From IMG/VR virus record IMGVR_UViG_3300031963_000042, positions 39,209 through 103,208 of that record: a DNA stretch of 64,000 bases. The stretch is one strand, 5' to 3'. A program made the translations under genes and the position numbers. This DNA is from a virus (lineage: Duplodnaviria; Caudoviricetes). Below are positions 56,919 through 64,000 of the stretch, in pieces. How positions within the stretch are numbered: the stretch's first letter is position 1; each line of letters starts with the position of its first letter. The notes under the pieces are model-generated. The model was not told the origin of the DNA, made no database searches, and saw only the letters and a program-made list of their open reading frames with translations.

Positions 56919-57208
56919 CTATTTTTTTGATTATATTGCATAAGTTCATTTAACACAGTAAACAACTTATCATTTATTTCTGATAGTTTCAGATATGATT
57001 GTATATCACTAACATTAGATATTTTACTCAACTCATTGTCAATAAAGTCCATAGTTTTATATATTTGGGCTTTTACTGTTAACAAGTCGTCTCCACTAGG
57101 ATTTTTAAGGTTATCAAGATAAGAAAGTTCATCGTCATTAGTTTCTCTTATAACCCGTTTAACTATTTTGGTTAGATCTCTCTCCGTTAATTTTATAATT
57201 TTTTTCAT
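56915..57208 (-). CDS. Small protein with MKKIIKLTERDL leader
   Basis: ORF track. Confidence 0.7.
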   Translation of the reverse strand: MKKIIKLTERDLTKIVKRVIRETNDDELSYLDNLKNPSGDDLLTVKAQIYKTMDFIDNELSKISNVSDIQSYLKLSEINDKLFTVLNELMQYNQKNR

Positions 57209-57211
57209 AAT

Positions 57212-58711
57212 TTATTTTTTATTAACAATTTGGAATTTTAAAGTTCTTTTATAAATATTAGTTTCTCCACTAGTATTCACTTTTATGTCGATAAAATATT
57301 CATTAGGAATTTTATCTCTAGTATCAAAAATAAAATAATATTCATTTGCAGTTTTATTTATTCTTGTCCAATCCTGGATTTGAACTTCTGTTGTACCCTC
57401 TCTAACGTAGACTCTATATTGAGCATTTACGTTCTGCAATAAGTTGTGTGATGTGTAAGCTTTCTTTAGTAACACACCAACTTTACGTATTTCAGTATTT
57501 AAGATTTTCTCGTCTTGATTTATGCCATAATAATCGAATCCATAGATCTGAGGCTCTTTTGAATCTGGGCCTATATTGATTTTTTTACTGTAAGAGTATA
57601 ATGTAAAATTGTTTTCTATATTTGGTAGGCTAATTGAATTATACGATATGTTTTTCCACACATCCGTAAATTCACAAGGTGTTGAATATCCGCTTAAAGC
57701 TGGTATAACGACCTCATATACACCTTTAGTCCTTTGACATGTAGTTAGACCCGTGTAGCCAGGAATAGGGTCTCCTGAAGGATCTAATACATCCACAGTA
57801 GGGTTAGTATCTAGGCTAACAAGATCACCGTCAACATAAGCTAACATATATAGTTTGTTTTGAGTAAATTCTACAAACAAATTTCTATCGTCTTGAATTA
57901 GATCATCGTATGTTGTTAGCAAATATGGCTCGTAAAAAGTTTGAGTGTGTCTAGTAAAAAAAGAAACGCTGTAGTTTGATGTTAATCCAGTTATCAATTC
58001 AAACTCAGGCCTATAAGCAATGCCCCATCCTGTAACATTAGTTATTGTCCCATCTAGAATTCCGTTAATTTCTGATGTCATATCAAAATTGATATCTTCA
58101 TCACCTCTTTCAAAATGTTGAATATCAATTATAATTAAATCGTTATAATTGACCAATGTTGAGTTGTTTCTATTAGAATATAGTCCAGGAACTGACCATC
58201 CACTCATATTTATATTTTCATACCAGTTTGACGGTCTCGTTGAGTATGTATTATCAGTAAATGGTTGGGTGTAGAATAAAGCTCCGGCTGTGTCTGTTGT
58301 TTTTATATTATTTGTAAAATCATAACCTACCCCCTCATCCCATATTTGCGTGTCACCGGTAGCACCAGAATATCTAGGGATTCTAAATAAAATAAGATCA
58401 AATGAGCTAGCCCGTTTCCTAGAGTCCGAATTAAATGTATTTAACAGATCGTCATTAAATCTGATCGTATTAGTCATAGTAAGAGTATGAGTAATACCTG
58501 AAGTGCACGTAATGTTAATTACGTTGCTATTAACCTTATCTATTAATTGTGATAGGTCAATATTGAATAAAAACCGGCTAAAACCATTTAATGAGACTGA
58601 TGTAGTATCTGACCCGAAAAAAATGTCTGTTACAGGATTTCTACCTGTATTTGCATACGAGTTATACGCTATAGTATTGTTTTTGTTAAAATACGACCTA
58701 TGTATCGACAT
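57212..58711 (-). CDS. Putative tail/baseplate structural protein
   Basis: Beta-rich Thr/Asn composition, WDEGVG motif, context. Confidence 0.55.
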   Translation of the reverse strand: MSIHRSYFNKNNTIAYNSYANTGRNPVTDIFFGSDTTSVSLNGFSRFLFNIDLSQLIDKVNSNVINITCTSGITHTLTMTNTIRFNDDLLNTFNSDSRKRASSFDLILFRIPRYSGATGDTQIWDEGVGYDFTNNIKTTDTAGALFYTQPFTDNTYSTRPSNWYENINMSGWSVPGLYSNRNNSTLVNYNDLIIIDIQHFERGDEDINFDMTSEINGILDGTITNVTGWGIAYRPEFELITGLTSNYSVSFFTRHTQTFYEPYLLTTYDDLIQDDRNLFVEFTQNKLYMLAYVDGDLVSLDTNPTVDVLDPSGDPIPGYTGLTTCQRTKGVYEVVIPALSGYSTPCEFTDVWKNISYNSISLPNIENNFTLYSYSKKINIGPDSKEPQIYGFDYYGINQDEKILNTEIRKVGVLLKKAYTSHNLLQNVNAQYRVYVREGTTEVQIQDWTRINKTANEYYFIFDTRDKIPNEYFIDIKVNTSGETNIYKRTLKFQIVNKK

Positions 58712-58733
58712 TATATGTTTTTACATATAAATA

Positions 58734-60299
58734 TCAATTAATCCTAATATTTTGATTTAAAATCGTATTATCTGCATCTGTAAGTCTGGCAAGTAATTCT
58801 GATACTGTAGATCCGTCAGTTCCTGTTGGTACTGGGGGTATTCCAGGGAAGGAATGCACGTGAGAAATTAAGAATCTTGTTAAATAATTCAAGAAACTAA
58901 TTAATTCATCACCACGAACAGTAGGACTTGTTTTCGGTAATATATTATTAATAATGTAGGATTGCTCTATGCCATATAAAGCATTTGGGTCATCCCAATT
59001 TATTTGATATTTACCTGAATTTATATGTGATATAAATATAAATTTATCAGCCCCTTGAATATTATATGTTACCGGTGCATTACTTATAATATATTCATTC
59101 TCTACCGTTTTAACTACTTTTAATTGTACTCCTGCAACATCTTTCGCAGATACTAACCCGTAACCCCCATTTTGGTTCAAAATTTTTATCTGATTAAAGA
59201 ATGAAATTACGTTTGTGTATTCTGGGCTTGGTGCTTGTGAGTTAAATATCTTTAATATTGATTTTGATGGCCTGTAATAAAATGGGAAATAATATATATC
59301 TAATTTAGGGTAGTTAGGGGCACTAATAGTTCCATCATTACATCCTTTTATTATCCCATTAATAATGTTTTCAGCATTAGCCTGGCTAATTGATGCAAAT
59401 GAATATTTCTGAATTAGTGATTTATCACTTTCTGAAACTTCGGTATCGACCGAAAATAATTTACAGCTATATTTGTTATTATATGCTATCTTATAAAGAT
59501 AAACTTCAATCGTAAAAACATTTTGGGTATTTTCAGGATTTATTATGTTCCATTCTATCAATAATTTTACATTTTCATCTACAATATCAACAGAATTCTT
59601 TGTTACCTCAGGGCCTAAACTTTCAGTACTATTAAAATTTGATAACTGAATAAAGCTTCTATTCAAATTTGCTGTAACAAATTTAGATTTATCGTCTGGG
59701 ATCTCTTTGCTTTTACCCGCCCTTAGTAATACATCATTTTGTTTTAAAACAAGATCTGTAGTACCCCTACTTTGAATACCAATATCCGATGGTTCAATAA
59801 ATACGCCTTTCAGTAGATCAGCAGATACATTATATTCATTGTTTACCGGATTCTTAATATCTACAGCATTTTTGATATTTATTTTACTGGCAAACCCTCT
59901 TTGTGAATTATTATTCTCATATGATATTGTTAATGGAGACGAGAATGGCCCTGGCACATAATATTGTTCATTATGCGTAGAATTTCTTGGGCTTACAGAT
60001 GTTATCGGATATATAATTTGAACCGATTCATTTAGCTTAGGTAAAACATTAATGAATATTGGTAATAAAGGTAAAACACAAAAAGGATCAATCTCAGTCC
60101 ACTTAAATTCAGGTTGGAGATCTGTATTAGCAGCATTCTTTGTCCTCTTACCTTTACTAGTATCCGGTATTGAATTTAATAACGCGATATTGGACTCTAA
60201 ATCAAAAGATACGCGAACTCTATTCGCCATCTTTGGATCTTCAGTATCAATTACCGTTCCTATGTTTAGTATCCTAATATTATTTATATTTTCAGCCAT
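58734..60299 (-). CDS. Putative baseplate hub / gp5-like spike protein
   Basis: GTVIDTEDP..ANRVRV OB-fold start, P.LP......PK.NE.V, C-terminal HVH. Confidence 0.6.
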   Translation of the reverse strand: MAENINNIRILNIGTVIDTEDPKMANRVRVSFDLESNIALLNSIPDTSKGKRTKNAANTDLQPEFKWTEIDPFCVLPLLPIFINVLPKLNESVQIIYPITSVSPRNSTHNEQYYVPGPFSSPLTISYENNNSQRGFASKINIKNAVDIKNPVNNEYNVSADLLKGVFIEPSDIGIQSRGTTDLVLKQNDVLLRAGKSKEIPDDKSKFVTANLNRSFIQLSNFNSTESLGPEVTKNSVDIVDENVKLLIEWNIINPENTQNVFTIEVYLYKIAYNNKYSCKLFSVDTEVSESDKSLIQKYSFASISQANAENIINGIIKGCNDGTISAPNYPKLDIYYFPFYYRPSKSILKIFNSQAPSPEYTNVISFFNQIKILNQNGGYGLVSAKDVAGVQLKVVKTVENEYIISNAPVTYNIQGADKFIFISHINSGKYQINWDDPNALYGIEQSYIINNILPKTSPTVRGDELISFLNYLTRFLISHVHSFPGIPPVPTGTDGSTVSELLARLTDADNTILNQNIRIN

Positions 60300-60523
60300 T
60301 ACTTAATCGGATTTCGTTTATCGTATTCAGACAGAACTCTATTATACAATTTTTCTACATTATCTAAATCCTTAGTCAAATTTATTAATTTTGATTTTAT
60401 ATCGTCAAAATCTTTACTAAGTATATTTAATGCAAATTTTAAATCGTTGTTTGATGAGTCCTTTAAACTCTTAATTATTTCTACAACTTTATCTCTTTCA
60501 TTCATATTAAAACCATTTACCAA
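60299..60523 (-). CDS. Small coiled-coil protein
   Basis: ORF track. Confidence 0.6.
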   Translation of the reverse strand: MVNGFNMNERDKVVEIIKSLKDSSNNDLKFALNILSKDFDDIKSKLINLTKDLDNVEKLYNRVLSEYDKRNPIK

Positions 60524-62411
60524 AAACGCTCCCTTGAGGTATTGTTGTTAATGTTGCTGGGTTTACCACTAATGGGGGGACAAATACTTGCACTTTGCCA
60601 TTTTCATATTGCTCCTTAGCTATACCATCTATCATAGATGATATGAATTGATTCATTAGATTTGGGCTTCCATCTGGCATAGGATTTGTCGGAATTCCCA
60701 ATTTTTGAAGTTCTTCTAAAACATTTATTTTAGCCCTTGTTGTTGAGTAGCCGTCTAACATAGAAGAAAACGCTAGCAAATAGCTAGGTATTCTATTATC
60801 GTTACCGACATTTACTAGTTGTAGCAATCTTACCATCTCGTCTACCACACTTTTACATTTTCTCCAATCAACACCAGCCTTTGCTAGAATAATAATAGCC
60901 TCAGCTAATTTTAAAACGATAGCATATTTTTTAAATTTTTTATCGCTATAAAGGTCATTTTTTATCCTAGAGACTAAAACAAAAATGTCTTTCTTTATTA
61001 TAAGGAATAGTTCTTCAATAAATAAACTACCAACTTTTGACATAATATTTGTCAAATACTTATTATATACGTTAATGAATTCACTATAATTGGTAAAATT
61101 ACCAATTTTTTGAGCCGTAGCCCTAGACATTATCAATAAAGGCAACAACACTTTTGGGGACAATAATGCAAATAATAATGCTTTTGGTAAATTTTTTACA
61201 AAACTTAAATTTAATGAGATATCTAAATTAACTTTTGACGGTATCAAAATTTTCCATTCATTATTATTAATAATAATGTTTGTTAGATTATCCGCGACCT
61301 CTTCATAATAATTTATTGTGCTGCCACTATTAAACTTAATTAGTTCAGATAGTATTTGTGCATTATTTAGTGGTAATTTAACGTTGTCACAATCTTCAAA
61401 TTCGATTACACCATTCTGTATATTATCAATTTCTAATTCGATATTTCTTAGATCGATGTCTGTTAGCTCAAAAAATGAAGTATCAACACCGTCTAACTCT
61501 GAAATTTTTGAGTTTCCGGTTACATCAATTTCTCTAGTACTATCAAAACAAAGGCCTAAAATACGTTGTAATATAATATTAAATTTACGTTTTTCTTTTA
61601 GTTCACTAAATCCAATTTCAGCCGTAAATGAAACTGACCCAAGCATCACATCAAGTAAATTTTGAAAAAAGTTATTAGTGTCTAATAATTTTATTGATTT
61701 ATAATAATCAACAATAAAATTACTAACACTGTTAATATTATTTTGTAATGAAAATAATTCTATTTTCAGAAAATCACCTGGTGTACCATTGTTGTCTTGA
61801 GTTACGTAGCTAACATCAAATAATTTTTCTTTAGATGCTCCATATATTGATACAGGATTACCTATTGATTGTATAAGAGACCAAATCTGCCGATTCATAC
61901 TATATGGTATTTGTGACGAAACGGGATCATTTGTTTCATATGACAATTGGCCTATTGTGGATTCTGGACTATTTTGTAGCAATCTATTTAAGTCAATGCT
62001 TCGAATATCAATGTAAATTCCCTGTAAATTTGGTGCGTATGTTTGTTCAATAGAACATCCTAATGCTTTTATTGACTCTTCTGTTAAAATTTCAAATAGC
62101 TTAGGTTCCGCATTTAAAGCTGCTTGTATAAATTTTGTTTTTAAATATTTGATAGAGGATAACCCGCTACCCGCGTTGAATCCAAATATTTCTATTAACT
62201 CATCTAGCTGAGTTTTTTCCTGCCTTTGGTATCTTTTATTCTGGGTCTTTAATTTATCTGCTGTTGTTGTGGTATTAATTATATTTTGAGATAAATTATC
62301 TTTAGCCTCTTCTTTTAGCTTTGAAGAGTTGTCTAGGGTTTCAACGTATGTTTGAAATGCTTTTATCGTTGACCCAATATCTTGATAAGATTTAGTTAGG
62401 TCAACACTCAT
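60507..62411 (-). CDS. Large hypothetical (probably structural) protein
   Basis: ORF track, operon context. Confidence 0.7.
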   Translation of the reverse strand: MSVDLTKSYQDIGSTIKAFQTYVETLDNSSKLKEEAKDNLSQNIINTTTTADKLKTQNKRYQRQEKTQLDELIEIFGFNAGSGLSSIKYLKTKFIQAALNAEPKLFEILTEESIKALGCSIEQTYAPNLQGIYIDIRSIDLNRLLQNSPESTIGQLSYETNDPVSSQIPYSMNRQIWSLIQSIGNPVSIYGASKEKLFDVSYVTQDNNGTPGDFLKIELFSLQNNINSVSNFIVDYYKSIKLLDTNNFFQNLLDVMLGSVSFTAEIGFSELKEKRKFNIILQRILGLCFDSTREIDVTGNSKISELDGVDTSFFELTDIDLRNIELEIDNIQNGVIEFEDCDNVKLPLNNAQILSELIKFNSGSTINYYEEVADNLTNIIINNNEWKILIPSKVNLDISLNLSFVKNLPKALLFALLSPKVLLPLLIMSRATAQKIGNFTNYSEFINVYNKYLTNIMSKVGSLFIEELFLIIKKDIFVLVSRIKNDLYSDKKFKKYAIVLKLAEAIIILAKAGVDWRKCKSVVDEMVRLLQLVNVGNDNRIPSYLLAFSSMLDGYSTTRAKINVLEELQKLGIPTNPMPDGSPNLMNQFISSMIDGIAKEQYENGKVQVFVPPLVVNPATLTTIPQGSVFGKWF

Positions 62412-62779
62412 TTTTTAGAAACTTTGTATTTTTCACTGGCAGAATTAATATCTTTATTAATTAAAGACTCTATCACGTTATCATCTAAATCCGTAATCAT
62501 AAAGTTATCGACACTTTCTTTATTTTTTTCCCAAATTGATGATTGTATTTTGGCCAGGCTAAGTTTCTTTTCTACGCAATCATTAATTATTTTTTGCTGC
62601 TCTTTGATTATAGGCCCAATTAACTGCATATCTTCAGGATCTCTCATCATTGCAAGCATCTTATTTTGGATCCTTATTGCGGTATTTCTTTGTTCGACTA
62701 ATTCGTTGTATATTTCTTGTAATATACTAACTACCGATTCTTTTGAAAAGTTTATTTCTTTCTTTTTAGGTCTGCTCAT
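62408..62779 (-). CDS. Hypothetical coiled-coil protein
   Basis: ORF track. Confidence 0.65.
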   Translation of the reverse strand: MSRPKKKEINFSKESVVSILQEIYNELVEQRNTAIRIQNKMLAMMRDPEDMQLIGPIIKEQQKIINDCVEKKLSLAKIQSSIWEKNKESVDNFMITDLDDNVIESLINKDINSASEKYKVSKK

Positions 62780-62793
62780 AATAAATAAATATT

Positions 62794-63549
62794 TTACTCT
62801 TTTAAAATCAAATTAATTATTGCCCCATAAAGTTTCTTATATTTCCTCATTGAGATTCTAATCTCCTTAGTCGTAAGGTTTGTCATTTCTCTCAACGATA
62901 AAAGAACAATATTTTTATTGAATTTATTATTGTTTGCACCTATAAATATTGTATTATAATTTTCAAATAAATCAATTAATGCAAATCCCAATTTTTTTTC
63001 GTTGTCATTAAGATTTTCTAGCTCAATAAACGATTTAAGCTCTTCAGTTAAAAGACTTATGATGGATGATGAATCCAAGTGTTCATCATCCATCATATAT
63101 GAAAATCGCATATCATCTTCTAATGAAGAAGATATATCCTCGTAAGAAATTTTGCGATTAGTTTCTTTTTGGTCTTTAATAATTTGACCCATCAAATAGT
63201 TTTTGCATATAGTGCCAAAATAAGAATATGCTTTTTTATCTATCGTTGGATCAAATTTTTCGATCTTGGTCATTAAAAAAGAATGCGTGTCAGAGTGGAT
63301 TTCTTTAAAATCCATATCTTTGCGATATAGTTTATATCGTCTAATAATTGACGATATCATCTTATCTAACGGCTTTCTTAAATATTGGTTATATATTTTA
63401 TTCTTTTCTTCCCAAGAGTCTTCAAGTAAAAATAACTTAACAGCACGCTCCTCTGCAACATCAAAATAATTTGCTGTTTTAGATCTACGGCTTTTTCGTT
63501 TAATCTCGACAAAGATTTGCGTATTATCTCCACTTTGATCTTGTATCAT
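62794..63549 (-). CDS. Phage sigma factor, T4 gp55-like (late transcription)
   Basis: NYF...E, KFDP...KAYSYFGTICKNY region-2-like motif. Confidence 0.7.
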   Translation of the reverse strand: MIQDQSGDNTQIFVEIKRKSRRSKTANYFDVAEERAVKLFLLEDSWEEKNKIYNQYLRKPLDKMISSIIRRYKLYRKDMDFKEIHSDTHSFLMTKIEKFDPTIDKKAYSYFGTICKNYLMGQIIKDQKETNRKISYEDISSSLEDDMRFSYMMDDEHLDSSSIISLLTEELKSFIELENLNDNEKKLGFALIDLFENYNTIFIGANNNKFNKNIVLLSLREMTNLTTKEIRISMRKYKKLYGAIINLILKE

Positions 63550-64000
63550 TAAATTTCCGGTTCATATTTAATTTGTCTATCATCAACAAAAAAATGTTCT
63601 TTTTTCGCGGATTCAATCCAAAACTTAACCTCGTTTTCAGATAATGGGTTATTCCCAAATTTATAATTCCAAAATATAGATCCTTCTCTAAGGTTAATAT
63701 GTTTATAGCCTAATTTTGGTATTGTCATAATACTTACTGAGTTATATGTTAACCTTAGTAAAAATTCATAAACAAATGTTAGCTTAATATTATCTTTAAA
63801 CCCACCAAAGTCTGATATTAATGATTTTTTGAACACCATACCTGAAGTTTGGAAATTTTGGTATGACATCAATGTGTCATTTGTTAAATATCCGATTTCC
63901 TGTGAAATATTTACAGCAAAAGTTGCTTCATTAGTAAAACCGGCAAATACACCTTTATCATCGATATCAACGACTATTGGTAAAAATGCCGAGACCTCAG
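63549..64000 (-). CDS. Glycosyltransferase family 2, C-terminal part (start outside the window)
   Basis: GMVFKK....FGGF......YEFLLR.......IPK.GY.H; frame extends toward the window end. Confidence 0.65.
   Translation of the reverse strand, partial: EVSAFLPIVVDIDDKGVFAGFTNEATFAVNISQEIGYLTNDTLMSYQNFQTSGMVFKKSLISDFGGFKDNIKLTFVYEFLLRLTYNSVSIMTIPKLGYKHINLREGSIFWNYKFGNNPLSENEVKFWIESAKKEHFFVDDRQIKYEPEI

Noticed and set aside
1-64000. Stop-codon reassignment
   Set aside because: Core genes are intact in code 11, TAG and TGA act as terminators, and no suppressor tRNA was seen

Overview
AT-rich 64-kb segment of a large T4-like myovirus, probably infecting a Bacteroidota host (repeated TAnnTTTG -7 promoters, A-rich SD-less starts, bS21 inside the head-gene block). 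Layout: (1) 1-12.5 kb, putative virion cargo and cell-wall enzymes; (2) clpP, tRNA-Leu(AAG) and HNH on the minus strand; (3) 14.9-23.9 kb, a tRNA array (26 tRNAs in the window covering all 20 amino acids, several structurally atypical, plus a rearranged UAU tRNA-like RNA and two non-tRNA hairpin RNAs), with an apparent leader-peptide attenuator and boxA near its start and three paralogous HExxH genes inserted; (4) a 4-gene acetamido-sugar cassette bounded by duplicated hairpins; (5) four DnaJ-type Zn-finger paralogs, tmRNA, peptidase, N-domain-less ClpC and a UVR-domain protein; (6) the head module (terminase, portal, bS21, prohead protease, scaffold, major capsid); (7) mgsA, nuclease, SlyD-like PPIase, tail/baseplate-like genes, a gp55-like sigma factor and a partial glycosyltransferase. 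All assignments come from motif reading by eye; no database search or folding program was run.
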